A stretch of DNA of 64,000 nt from an uncultured Candidatus Saccharibacteria bacterium (GTDB lineage Bacteria > Patescibacteriota > Saccharimonadia > Saccharimonadales > AWTP1-31), in the NCBI GenBank assembly GCA_964643545.1, contig CAZXTE010000001.1, positions 85,839-149,838 of the forward strand, written 5' to 3'. The notes below the pieces were generated by a model. The model searched no databases. It was not told where the DNA came from and saw only the letters and a list, made by a program, of their open reading frames with translations. Below are positions 45,622 through 54,605 of this stretch, piece by piece. A program made the position numbers and the translations under genes. How positions within the stretch are numbered: position 1 is the first letter of the stretch; the number at the start of each line of letters is the position of its first letter.

Positions 45622-47790
45622 ATGGCAAAAAGAAAAAAACAAACACGAAGAAAGAAGCAGGTGGTCGACGAGCGATCAGCATTCTGGCCGCTCGCCGGTG
45701 CGATAGTCCTTATACTCTTGGCTGTCTTTATGCTCATCGGTGGTTTTGGTACGGGCGGACCGTTGCCTATCGGTTTATTTAACGGGGCATATTGGACGCT
45801 TGGTTGGGCTGCGTATCTAACACCAATAGCACTTGTGTACTTCGGTGTGCTTAAATTCACAAACGAAGATCGCCAGATCCCGCTGAGTAATTTTGTGAGT
45901 ATGCTAACAGGACTCTCACTCAGTGCATCGTGGCTACACGTAGCGTTTAGTAATAAGAATGAGTTAGGCGATAGTGTTGGGGGACATGGCGGTGAAGTAG
46001 GTAAGCTAATCGGTAATGTGGTCTTGGGTGCTATCGACGGCTTGCCCGCGGCACTTATGTTCCTAATATTTGCTGTTCTAGCTTTCTTCTTTGCGTTTGG
46101 GGTTTCCCCACGCATAATTTTGAAACTTGCTGACGTGTTTAAGCGTCCCGAAAAAGAAGAGGGTGAATTAAACGCACTAAAGCAGCATGCGAGTGAGCAT
46201 GCGTTCAAGCTTAATGAAGGCGTGCCAGTTGAGCACCATAACGCTCGCTTGAGTAGTTTTCGCAATTCTGCCCAGAAACTTACTCCCACGGAAGAACACA
46301 GCGCATTAACGGCCGCCAGCGACCCAGACTGGAAGTTACCATCGACGAGCTTACTGAATCATAAACAAGACAAAGCTGATGCTGGGGATGTAGAAGGTAA
46401 TGCGCGCACCATCCAAGAATCGTTCGAGAATTTTAGCATTGGCGTCGAAATGGAAGGTGCTAATATTGGGCCGCGTGTTACCCAGTACACGCTTAAACCG
46501 CCTGCAGGGACGAAACTGACGAAGATAACTGCACTGGAAGACAACATTAAACTTGATCTTGCAGCAACCTCTATTCGCATGGAAGCGCCTATCCCGGGCA
46601 CGAAACTGGTTGGCCTAGAAGTGCCCAATAAAAAATCAGCCACCGTTCGTATAAGCAGTATTCTCGAAGCGCCAGAATGGCAAGAGGCAAAAAGCCCGCT
46701 GACGTTTGCTATCGGTAAAGATATTGGCGGTAAGCCAATCCTCGCAGATCTAGACAAGATGCCGCACGTGCTGGTTGCCGGTCAAACAGGCTCTGGTAAG
46801 AGTGTTATGATCAACACAATTCTAACAAGCTTACTGTATCGAAATAGCCCGGCAGACCTTAAGTTAATCTTGGTAGATCCAAAGCAGGTTGAGCTAAAGC
46901 CATACGACGATATACCCCATCTCCTAACCCCGGTTATTACTGAGCCAGAAAAATGCATCAGCGCACTTAAGTGGACAGTCGCCGAGATGGAACGTCGCTA
47001 TAAAGCGTTGAGTGAAGTCCATCGTCGCAACATTACCGAATATAATAACCTTAAACAAGAAGAGGGTATGCCTTACATCGTTGTGGTTATCGATGAGTTG
47101 GCAGATCTTATGATGATGGCCGCCCGTGACGTAGAAGCGCTTATTGTGCGTATTGCCCAAAAGGCTCGAGCAGTCGGTATTCATCTAGTACTTGCTACGC
47201 AACGCCCCAGCGTCAATGTTATTACGGGGTTGATTAAGGCAAATGTGCCAGCTCGTATTGCATTTACAACGGTGAGCCAAGTGGACTCACGTACTATTAT
47301 CGATCAAGGTGGCGCGGAAAAATTGCTCAACATGGGTGACATGCTGCTACTTACTGCTGATATGCCAAAGCCAAAACGCGTCCAGGGTGCATTTATTGAC
47401 GACGAAGAAACGCGAAAAATTACCGACTTTATTCGTGGACAACGTGGCCCGCAATATGACGATGAAGTCGTTAGTCAGCCTGTGCAGCTCGACGGGCGTG
47501 GTGGTGTCGTTGCAGACATGGATGCTGCCGACGAACCCATGTTTAAGCAGGCTGTTGAAGTGGTGGTACAGGCTCGTAAGGCCAGCACGAGTTTATTGCA
47601 GCGACGTTTACGCATTGGCTACGGCAAGGCCGCTCGTCTTATAGAGAGTATGGAAGAACAGGGCATTATTGGGCCCGCAGACGGGTCCCGACCCCGCGAA
47701 GTTCTGGTGAACAGTGCGGACGAAGTGTTCAGCATGATCGATGGTCCCAAGGAGCCCGAACCCGACGAGCAGCCCGATGCTATTGTGTAA
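45622..47790 (+). CDS. ftsK: DNA translocase FtsK
   Basis: N-terminal TM segments, Walker A GQTGSGKS, VVVIDELADLMM, and the C-terminal gamma winged helix LLQRRLRIGYGKAARLIESMEEQGIIG. Confidence 0.96.
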   Translation: MAKRKKQTRRKKQVVDERSAFWPLAGAIVLILLAVFMLIGGFGTGGPLPIGLFNGAYWTLGWAAYLTPIALVYFGVLKFTNEDRQIPLSNFVSMLTGLSLSASWLHVAFSNKNELGDSVGGHGGEVGKLIGNVVLGAIDGLPAALMFLIFAVLAFFFAFGVSPRIILKLADVFKRPEKEEGELNALKQHASEHAFKLNEGVPVEHHNARLSSFRNSAQKLTPTEEHSALTAASDPDWKLPSTSLLNHKQDKADAGDVEGNARTIQESFENFSIGVEMEGANIGPRVTQYTLKPPAGTKLTKITALEDNIKLDLAATSIRMEAPIPGTKLVGLEVPNKKSATVRISSILEAPEWQEAKSPLTFAIGKDIGGKPILADLDKMPHVLVAGQTGSGKSVMINTILTSLLYRNSPADLKLILVDPKQVELKPYDDIPHLLTPVITEPEKCISALKWTVAEMERRYKALSEVHRRNITEYNNLKQEEGMPYIVVVIDELADLMMMAARDVEALIVRIAQKARAVGIHLVLATQRPSVNVITGLIKANVPARIAFTTVSQVDSRTIIDQGGAEKLLNMGDMLLLTADMPKPKRVQGAFIDDEETRKITDFIRGQRGPQYDDEVVSQPVQLDGRGGVVADMDAADEPMFKQAVEVVVQARKASTSLLQRRLRIGYGKAARLIESMEEQGIIGPADGSRPREVLVNSADEVFSMIDGPKEPEPDEQPDAIV

Positions 47791-47793
47791 GCA

Positions 47794-47822
47794 TTGACTG
47801 TTCTCTGAAAAAAGGGTACAAT
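47794..47822 (+). promoter_or_regulatory. sigma70-type promoter of the rpsF-ssb-rpsR operon
   Basis: TTGACT (47794..47799), 17 nt, TACAAT (47817..47822). Confidence 0.65.
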
Positions 47823-47893
47823 TACCCCTGTAATATCAACTTCAGTTCGTGTCCCCTCGTGAGCACGGGCTTTAACCAAAGGAAGGATTATGT

Positions 47894-48274
47894 ATGGCCG
47901 AGTACGAAATGGCTATTCTTTATCACCCCGATCTTGAAGTGGATTTGTCCAAGGCAGAAGCCAAGGTGCAAAAACTCGTTACAGACAACGGTGGTAAAGT
48001 AACCAAGACCGACAACTGGGGCAAGAAAAAGCTTGCATACCCAATCGCCAAGCAAGAGCATGCAGTATATGTTTTTTATACTGTCGAAATGCCCGGACCT
48101 GGTGTCCAAAAAGTCGAAGCTTCGCTGAACATCACCGACGAAGTGATTCGTTTTCTGATCACCAAACCCGATCATAAAGCAATCGCGAAGGCAGAAGCTG
48201 CCAAGGCCGAAAAAGCCAAAAAAGCAGCCGAGCGTGGTGATAGTGACGACAAAGACCAGACCGAAGAAGAATAA
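47894..48274 (+). CDS. rpsF: 30S ribosomal protein S6 with acidic/Lys-rich tail
   Basis: MAEYEMAILYHPDLE...WGKKKLAYPI. Confidence 0.93.
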   Translation: MAEYEMAILYHPDLEVDLSKAEAKVQKLVTDNGGKVTKTDNWGKKKLAYPIAKQEHAVYVFYTVEMPGPGVQKVEASLNITDEVIRFLITKPDHKAIAKAEAAKAEKAKKAAERGDSDDKDQTEEE

Positions 48275-48355
48275 ACCTTATGCTTGACTGCATGGCGCAG
48301 CAGCAGTAGGGTAAAACTACAAACAACAAGACATATGTCTTATAAGGAGGGAACA

Positions 48356-48826
48356 ATGGCACGAAGTTTTAACCAAGTAATACTCATGGGGAACCTAACG
48401 CGCGATCCAGAATTGCGACAAACCCCAAATGGCCAGAGCGTTTGCAGCTTTAGCTTGGCACTGAACCGAAGCTATAAGGGCAGTGACGGTAACTGGCAGG
48501 AAGCAACCGACTATGTCGATGTGGTCGCCTGGGGACCACTTGGGGAACGTGTTGCTCAGTACGTAACAAAAGGACGACCCGTTTTAGTAAATGGTCGTTT
48601 GCAGTCACGTAGTTGGGAACAAGAAGGCCAGAAACGAAGCAAAGTAGAAGTTGTTGCACAAGATGTAACATTCTTGGGCGGACGAGGTGAGGGCGGCGAT
48701 AGTGGTGGTTATACTCCACCGGCAGAAGCAGCAGCGCCAAAGCCAAGCAAGAAGTCCAAAGAGGATGAGGTTGTCATTGAAGATATTGGCGATGAACCAA
48801 TCAACCTAGACGACATCCCATTCTAG
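48356..48826 (+). CDS. ssb: single-stranded DNA-binding protein
   Basis: ATG 48356 after AAGGAGGG. MARSFNQVILMGNLTRDPELRQTPNG..., with acidic tip DDIPF. Confidence 0.94.
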   Translation: MARSFNQVILMGNLTRDPELRQTPNGQSVCSFSLALNRSYKGSDGNWQEATDYVDVVAWGPLGERVAQYVTKGRPVLVNGRLQSRSWEQEGQKRSKVEVVAQDVTFLGGRGEGGDSGGYTPPAEAAAPKPSKKSKEDEVVIEDIGDEPINLDDIPF

Positions 48827-48848
48827 TTTTAATAGATAAGGAGAACTC

Positions 48849-49052
48849 ATGGCAAAGATTTTTAAGCACAGAACTGATGTAGCGTATTTTGACTACAAAG
48901 ACTTTAAGACGTTGCAACGATACGTCAATGTATATGGGCAGATTGAGACTCGCAAGAAGACTGGCCTCACAGAAAGCCAACAGCGACACTTAGCACGTGC
49001 AATCAAAAAAGCTCGACACATTGCTTTACTACCATTCGTAGCAAACAACTAG
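48849..49052 (+). CDS. rpsR: 30S ribosomal protein S18
   Basis: YFDYKDFKTLQRYVNVYGQIETRKKTGL...QRHLARAIKKARHIALLPF. Confidence 0.94.
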   Translation: MAKIFKHRTDVAYFDYKDFKTLQRYVNVYGQIETRKKTGLTESQQRHLARAIKKARHIALLPFVANN

Positions 49053-49061
49053 GAGGTCACG

Positions 49062-49628
49062 ATGGCATTTGGTGTAACCGATCTTAGAAAAGGTCAAATA
49101 TTCCAGTTAGACGGTGTTCCGTACCGTGTCGTTGAGTACGGCCAAAAAGTTATGGGCCGTGGTGGCTCTATCGTAAATGTAAAGATCAAGAGTCTTATCG
49201 ATGGCAAAGTGCTCGACAAAACATTCAAAGGCAATGACTCTATCGAACCAGCCGACGTGACCAATCAGAATGTGCAGTATTTGTATGCAGACGGCACACT
49301 GTTCCACTTCATGGATGAAGAGACGTACGAACAGTTCGAAATACCCGAAAGCATTATTGGCGACCAAGCAGGCTACTTAAAAGAGGGCGACAAGGTGCAG
49401 GTGCAGCTTTTTAACGGTCGTGTTATTAACGTAGAGCTACCCAAGAACGTCCCACTGCTCGTTACCTATGCAGAAGACGTTGTTAAAGGCGATACAACCA
49501 GCTCGGTTATGAAAGAAGCCACATTAGAGACGGGCATTCGCGTGAAAGTCCCGGCCTTCATAAAAACTGGGGATGTTATTAGCGTCGATACTGCCACGGG
49601 TGAGTATCGAGAACGCGTAAAAAACTAG
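49062..49628 (+). CDS. efp: elongation factor P
   Basis: LRKGQIFQLDGVPYRVVEYGQKVMGRGGSIVNVKIKSL. 188 aa. Confidence 0.95.
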   Translation: MAFGVTDLRKGQIFQLDGVPYRVVEYGQKVMGRGGSIVNVKIKSLIDGKVLDKTFKGNDSIEPADVTNQNVQYLYADGTLFHFMDEETYEQFEIPESIIGDQAGYLKEGDKVQVQLFNGRVINVELPKNVPLLVTYAEDVVKGDTTSSVMKEATLETGIRVKVPAFIKTGDVISVDTATGEYRERVKN

Positions 49629-49656
49629 GACCCGCTGCAGTGGTTGTGCCCCAAGA

Positions 49657-49695
49657 CAGCCTTGAGTAGGCTGCTTGGTTCCTGTATTGTTCTTG
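49657..49695 (+). terminator. possible terminator after efp
   Basis: CAGCCT (49657..49662), tgagt, AGGCTG (49668..49673), followed by a T-rich stretch cttggttcctgtattgttctt. The stem is short. Confidence 0.3.
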
Positions 49696-49696
49696 A

Positions 49697-50431
49697 ATGA
49701 ATGTAGCAAGAGAAAGACTGGACCAGGTATTGGTAAAGCGCGGTATTGTCTCTACGCGTAGTCAGGCGGAGAGCTATATAAAACTTGGGCAAGTAACAGT
49801 AAATGGGCGTGTTGTACAAAAGTCAGGGATGTTGGTGGGAGTTGCAGATGAGATTTTGCTGCACGCAACAGACCGCTATGTCAGTCGTGCGGCGCTAAAG
49901 CTCGCATCAATTGCTGAGACGTTTTCGTTAGATTTTTCAAACAAGGTTGTTTTAGACGTTGGCTCTAGCACGGGTGGCTTTACCGACTACGCATTGCAGC
50001 ACGGTGCGAAGAAGGTGATTGCGGTAGAACTTGGCAAAGAACAATTACACCCCAGTCTGCGAGGGAACGCAGCCATTGAACTGCATGAACAAACAGACAT
50101 ACGAAATCTTGGGGAGATAAGTGAGCGAGTTGATATTGTTGTCGCTGATGTTTCGTTTGTAAGCTTGCGTGATATATTACCGTCGGTCATAAAAATTGCT
50201 CCACAAGCTCAGTTTGTCATTATGGTGAAACCTCAGTTTGAAGCACAACACAACGACTTAAAACACAAAGGCGTCATAAAAAACGAACGTGTTCGAAGAG
50301 ATATTTTGTCCGCCTTCGAGACTTGGGCAAAGCAGCATTTTATTATACTCAACAAAGCAGATTCTGCTGTTGCAGGTGCACGAGGCAACAAAGAACGCTT
50401 CTATTTACTACGGGTTCCTGCAGGGAGATAG
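49697..50431 (+). CDS. tlyA: TlyA-family rRNA 2'-O-methyltransferase
   Basis: S4 domain RLDQVLVKRGIVSTRSQAESYIKLGQVTVNG and SAM motif LDVGSSTGGFTD. Confidence 0.9.
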   Translation: MNVARERLDQVLVKRGIVSTRSQAESYIKLGQVTVNGRVVQKSGMLVGVADEILLHATDRYVSRAALKLASIAETFSLDFSNKVVLDVGSSTGGFTDYALQHGAKKVIAVELGKEQLHPSLRGNAAIELHEQTDIRNLGEISERVDIVVADVSFVSLRDILPSVIKIAPQAQFVIMVKPQFEAQHNDLKHKGVIKNERVRRDILSAFETWAKQHFIILNKADSAVAGARGNKERFYLLRVPAGR

Positions 50432-50459
50432 ACATCCCCCTTATGCTACACTAGGCCGT

Positions 50460-51119
50460 ATGTACTTCGTTAACCGAGAAGAAGCTGGCAACATGCTTGC
50501 GAAAAAGATGAGCCGCTATCAAAAACAGCCGAGTGCAATTATCGCGCTTTCCGACGGGGCTGTGCTAGTTGCCGCGCCGATTGCTCGCGTGCTCGATTGT
50601 CCGATTATGATGCTCATGACGGAGCCTATTAAGGCTCCAGGAGAACCAGACGCGGTCGCAAGTATTAATCAAGAGGGCACCTATGCTACGAACCCAAGAT
50701 ATTCCACAGGTGAAATAGAAGAATTTGACATGGAATATCGCCAAACATTCGAGCAAGAAAAGATGGAAAAGCTTGCATATATGCATCGTATGCTTGGCCA
50801 AAAAGGTGTCATTCGACATGAGTTGCTCCGAAACAGGAATATCATCCTTGTTTCCGATGGGCTAGAGAGTGGCTTTCTGCTGGATTCGGCAGCTTTGTAT
50901 TTAAAAACAATAAAGATCAATAAGATAATTGTCGCAACACCCCTCGCCAGTGTGCCGGCCGTTGACCGAATGCATATTTTGGCAGATGACCTCTTTTGTC
51001 TAAGTGTTGTCAGTAACTACATGACCACCAACCATTATTATGAAGATAATATGATGCCGTCACACGAGACGATTATCGCTACGGTGCAGCAAATTGTAGA
51101 TGAGTGGCGAAGTAGGTAG
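50460..51119 (+). CDS. phosphoribosyltransferase-like family protein
   Basis: Start chosen at ATG 50460 (MYFVNREEAGNMLAKKM...); the track start at 50289 overlaps tlyA. The PRT-like loop reads ILVSDGLESG (canonical vDDGiATG). Confidence 0.7.
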   Translation: MYFVNREEAGNMLAKKMSRYQKQPSAIIALSDGAVLVAAPIARVLDCPIMMLMTEPIKAPGEPDAVASINQEGTYATNPRYSTGEIEEFDMEYRQTFEQEKMEKLAYMHRMLGQKGVIRHELLRNRNIILVSDGLESGFLLDSAALYLKTIKINKIIVATPLASVPAVDRMHILADDLFCLSVVSNYMTTNHYYEDNMMPSHETIIATVQQIVDEWRSR

Positions 51120-51189
51120 ATTTATAACCACAAATTGACAATCTGACTATAATCTGTTAGCATGTTATTTGTTATATAAAGACAAAAAT

Positions 51190-52167
51190 ATGCAAAACCA
51201 ACCAAGTAAAAAAGCAGTACTCAGCGATGTTATGTACACGGCAAAAATGCCAACCCCTTTTCGGGCATATTTGGTGTCTAGCTCGCTTTTTATCGTATTG
51301 TTTATCTTTGCCGTCGGGGGGTTGGGGCTTAAAAATCTGTGGAATGGTACCGCCGCACATGCAAACGGGGTGTACGCTGTTCGTGAGCCCGATACGACCG
51401 AAAAACTAAACGCCCTTGAAACGGCAACAGCAACGAATGTCTTGTCGCAGGCCGTCCTGATCCCCCAGGCAATTCCCAATAGGCCCAAGCAAGAGTCTTT
51501 GCAGCAAATCGTAGATCAGTGGAGAACGCTGAATGGTCAAACAACAGCAGGTGTTGTTGTGCAGGAAATTGGCGGCCAAAACCGCAGCGCTACCTTAAAT
51601 GCAAACAGGCAAATGTATGCAGCGAGTCTGTACAAGCTCTACCTTATCGATTACTTGTATAACCGCATTGAGCAGGGAAAACTGAATGCGAATGCTACGT
51701 TGTCTTCAGGCGGGACTGTCTCTGGTTGCATAGATGCTATGGTACTTGTATCGGACAATGTTTGCGCCCAGGCGGCTGCAAACATGGTCGGTTGGGGTGC
51801 AGCGAGTGCATTTGCAAAAAGCCGGGGATTTGTTGGCACAAACTTAGCTAATGCCGACATCGAAACAACTGCTGCAGATACGACTGCATTTCTTAAAAAA
51901 CTACAGGCAGGACAATTAATGAACCCAGAGCATACTAGGCACGTGTTGTCACTGATGAAGAATCAGAAACTTAGACAGGCAATTCCAGAAGGTGCCCCGG
52001 GAGCAGTTGTGGCAGATAAGGTCGGTTTTTACGGAATTTACTGGCATGACGTAGGCATTGTCTATGGATCAAGTTCAACGTTTGTCATAAGTGTGTTGAC
52101 GCAAAATGGATCAGCAGCGCAAATCGCTGATCTTACGAACCAGATCTACCAGTTCTTGCAGGGTTAG
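51190..52167 (+). CDS. membrane-anchored serine hydrolase, class A beta-lactamase / DD-peptidase-like
   Basis: SLYK (SxxK), SDN (VSDNVCA) and KVG (DKVGFYG) motifs in the canonical order. N-terminal TM anchor. Confidence 0.8.
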   Translation: MQNQPSKKAVLSDVMYTAKMPTPFRAYLVSSSLFIVLFIFAVGGLGLKNLWNGTAAHANGVYAVREPDTTEKLNALETATATNVLSQAVLIPQAIPNRPKQESLQQIVDQWRTLNGQTTAGVVVQEIGGQNRSATLNANRQMYAASLYKLYLIDYLYNRIEQGKLNANATLSSGGTVSGCIDAMVLVSDNVCAQAAANMVGWGAASAFAKSRGFVGTNLANADIETTAADTTAFLKKLQAGQLMNPEHTRHVLSLMKNQKLRQAIPEGAPGAVVADKVGFYGIYWHDVGIVYGSSSTFVISVLTQNGSAAQIADLTNQIYQFLQG

Positions 52168-53237
52168 ACGTTAAAGCGGAACTCTACAACATCGTTCGGC
52201 TTCATGATGTACGTTTTGCCCTCTGTACGGACTTTGCCGGCAGCCTTGGCTGCAACGAGAGAGCCTGCAGCTACAAGGTCGTTGCAGTCGACAATTTCGG
52301 CTGCAATAAAGCCGCGCTCAAAATCTCCATGTATCACGCCAGCTGCCTGCGGGGCAGTTGATCCTTTGGCTATGGTCCAGGCCCGGACCTCTTTATCACC
52401 AGCCGTTAGGTAGCTTTGCAAATCTAAGACATCGTATGCTGCGTGTATGAGCTGTACGAGGCCTGATTCCTTTTGCCCGTAGCTCTCTAGCAATTCTTGT
52501 CGGTCACTTTCGTCCAGGCCCCGTAACTCGCTTTCTAATTTGGCACAGACAAACAATGACCTACTCGGCGCAACAAGTTTAGCGAGCTCTGCCTTTCTAG
52601 GCTCGTTGCTAATCGTTTCTTCGTCTACGTTGAATACGTAAATCATTGGTTTTGCTGTAATAAGCTGCAAGTCAGCAATGTGATCTTGGTCGCTATCTAT
52701 GGTATTGGCCAACTTCCCGTCGTTTAGTGCTTGCTCAAGGGTTTTGTAAGTAGCAACAATTGGTTGTAGCTTTGGATTGGCTCGCGCCTCTTTCTCTATG
52801 CGGGGCAGGCGTTTTTCTAGCGTCTGTAGGTCTGCCAAGATCAATTCAGTATTAATGACGTCTATATCTTTTTTGGGGTCGTGCTGCTCGTCAACGTGTA
52901 TAACATTATTGTCCGAGAAGGCACGCACAACATGAACGAGGGCGTTCGTGGTGCGAATATGCGCTAGAAATTGATTGCCGAGTCCTTCGCCCTGGCTAGC
53001 ACCAGCAACGAGTCCTGCAATGTCGACGAACGTTACCGTAGCAGGAACTATGGGGGCGTTGTTGTATAAATCGGAAAGACTAAGGAGGCGTTCATCTGGT
53101 ATGGGCACAATCCCTGTGTTCGGCTCAATGGTTGCAAAAGGGTAGTTTGCAGCTAAAGCACCAGCATCAGTCAGTGCGTTAAACAAGGTTGATTTGCCAA
53201 CATTAGGCAAGCCAACGATCCCAATAGATAAACTCAT
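52164..53237 (-). CDS. ychF: ribosome-binding ATPase YchF
   Basis: Start chosen at ATG 53237 (MSLSIGIVGLPNVGKSTLFNALT...). C-terminal TGS-like domain GDFERGFIAAEIV. Confidence 0.95.
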   Translation of the reverse strand: MSLSIGIVGLPNVGKSTLFNALTDAGALAANYPFATIEPNTGIVPIPDERLLSLSDLYNNAPIVPATVTFVDIAGLVAGASQGEGLGNQFLAHIRTTNALVHVVRAFSDNNVIHVDEQHDPKKDIDVINTELILADLQTLEKRLPRIEKEARANPKLQPIVATYKTLEQALNDGKLANTIDSDQDHIADLQLITAKPMIYVFNVDEETISNEPRKAELAKLVAPSRSLFVCAKLESELRGLDESDRQELLESYGQKESGLVQLIHAAYDVLDLQSYLTAGDKEVRAWTIAKGSTAPQAAGVIHGDFERGFIAAEIVDCNDLVAAGSLVAAKAAGKVRTEGKTYIMKPNDVVEFRFNV

Positions 53238-53318
53238 GTGTGTAGTATAACAGAGGTATATATCTTGACCAAACAATAGAAGTGTGCTAGAGTATATTTA
53301 TCAGTAAGAAAACAAAAA

Positions 53319-53969
53319 ATGCCAAGTGATAGACCACAATCAGCTCCAACAGATGCAATACGTGCTCTAGGCGAAGAAAGTCGCAGCGCTGAGTTTAAAG
53401 AGCGACGTGATTCGTTATTACTGTCAGTTGATGACCTAGTTGGTAAGGTTCAGGCATCGGCTGCTTCCGGCGAGCCATTGCCCAGCGGAATCGTAGTGAA
53501 ACAAGGCCTAGGTATTCAGCGAGACGTTATTGCTCTTCCAGGAAGGAACAGGTCTGGCGTGATTGAACGAACAGGGAATGTTGGAGTATATTGTGGCGTT
53601 AGTAATTTCCACGGAAGAGAAGTGCCAACAGTACAGGTCGTAGAAAAATATGTGGTTGGGCCAAAAAAGCTATCCCATAAGATTTGGGAGTTCGAAGGTT
53701 CGAACCCCCTGGATCGTGCTGAATATGGCCCCGAAGCAGGCTATGCGAGCTCTGGGGGCTCGAGGCAGCTTGGCTTTATTCGGTTCGCCGAAGACGAACA
53801 CTATGTAGAGTTTGCACTAAATGGTGATGGCTCTATAAGGCGGACAACGCTTAGCGATAACGGCACGCATGAAGGTGCGCCAATACGAAATGCCGATGAG
53901 CTTGCTGAGGCTGAGTTGATAGTGTCTGAGCTAGCTGCTAGCCTCTTTGAGCCACCTGAATCAGCCTAG
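53319..53969 (+). CDS. hypothetical cytoplasmic protein (216 aa)
   Basis: The ORF is preceded by TTGACC-17-TAGAGT. There is no TM or signal sequence and no family recognised. Convergent with the cassette operon. Confidence 0.6.
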   Translation: MPSDRPQSAPTDAIRALGEESRSAEFKERRDSLLLSVDDLVGKVQASAASGEPLPSGIVVKQGLGIQRDVIALPGRNRSGVIERTGNVGVYCGVSNFHGREVPTVQVVEKYVVGPKKLSHKIWEFEGSNPLDRAEYGPEAGYASSGGSRQLGFIRFAEDEHYVEFALNGDGSIRRTTLSDNGTHEGAPIRNADELAEAELIVSELAASLFEPPESA

Positions 53970-53981
53970 AAAAGAGGTTCT

Positions 53982-54596
53982 TTAGCGGACGTCTTCACCG
54001 TTGATTGTCTCAAATTTTGGAGTGTTTTTAGTTACACCAATACCTTCGAGTGTTTTAGTAAGGATCACTTTGCCATCACTACTTACGCGCAAAACCGACT
54101 TGTCATCAAACCAAGGAAGATTTTTTGGGATTGTTTGAGCGGCAGAGGCAGTAGAACCAGTGTATTTGTTGTCACTGCCCGCACTCTCAGATACTTGGCC
54201 CGCTGGTTTTATCATGTAGTCGGTGTAGAGTACATTGTTGTTGCGTAGAATCTCAAGTTTGTAATCACCAGAGTTTGCCGCCGTGTCGGGAGTGCCATGT
54301 GTATAGCGTTCCAACTTTGTAATACTGAGCTCAGGATTTTTACCAGGCTCATATGTAAATACTGTAAGCATAACTTCTTGATCGGTTGCCGAGATGCGCC
54401 CACTACGAACAGCGTCCTCATATGTCGAGAACTGGAGTCCAGGAGCCTTGCTTGTAGCGGCTTGTTTTTTATGTTTACCAAAGTACCAGCCACCAAGAAG
54501 GCTTGCGATCAAAACAATACCTGCGACGGCTATGATCTTACCACGTCTGTGGGTAGGTTGTTCGGATGATTGGGCAGAGGTTGTAAAGTCTTCCAT
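53982..54596 (-). CDS. cassette partner A: single-pass membrane protein of unknown family
   Basis: 204 aa. TM segment IIAVAGIVLIASLLGGWYF. Paralog of 56453..57067 (shared YEDAV-x-GR-x-SA, DYKL, IPWF, GKVILT-x-x-L-x-G-x-x-VTKNTP-x-F-x-T-x-x-G-x-DVR). Confidence 0.75.
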   Translation of the reverse strand: MEDFTTSAQSSEQPTHRRGKIIAVAGIVLIASLLGGWYFGKHKKQAATSKAPGLQFSTYEDAVRSGRISATDQEVMLTVFTYEPGKNPELSITKLERYTHGTPDTAANSGDYKLEILRNNNVLYTDYMIKPAGQVSESAGSDNKYTGSTASAAQTIPKNLPWFDDKSVLRVSSDGKVILTKTLEGIGVTKNTPKFETINGEDVR

Positions 54597-54605
54597 TAAT
54601 ATTAC

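Noticed and set aside
45609-46289. 226-aa antisense ORF opposite ftsK, and similar long antisense ORFs (7158..7625, 25190..25660, 25895..26335, 43970..44482, 62097..62621, 41433..41807)
   Set aside because: All lie fully within strongly supported genes on the other strand and give Ser/Arg/Ala/Cys-rich low-complexity products typical of shadow frames.
53690-53715. tRNA-like T-arm sequence GGTTCGAACCCCC
   Set aside because: The flanks do not form a T stem (GAAGG versus CCCCT) and there are no acceptor or anticodon arms. The sequence lies in frame inside the 216-aa ORF (EFEGSNPLD).
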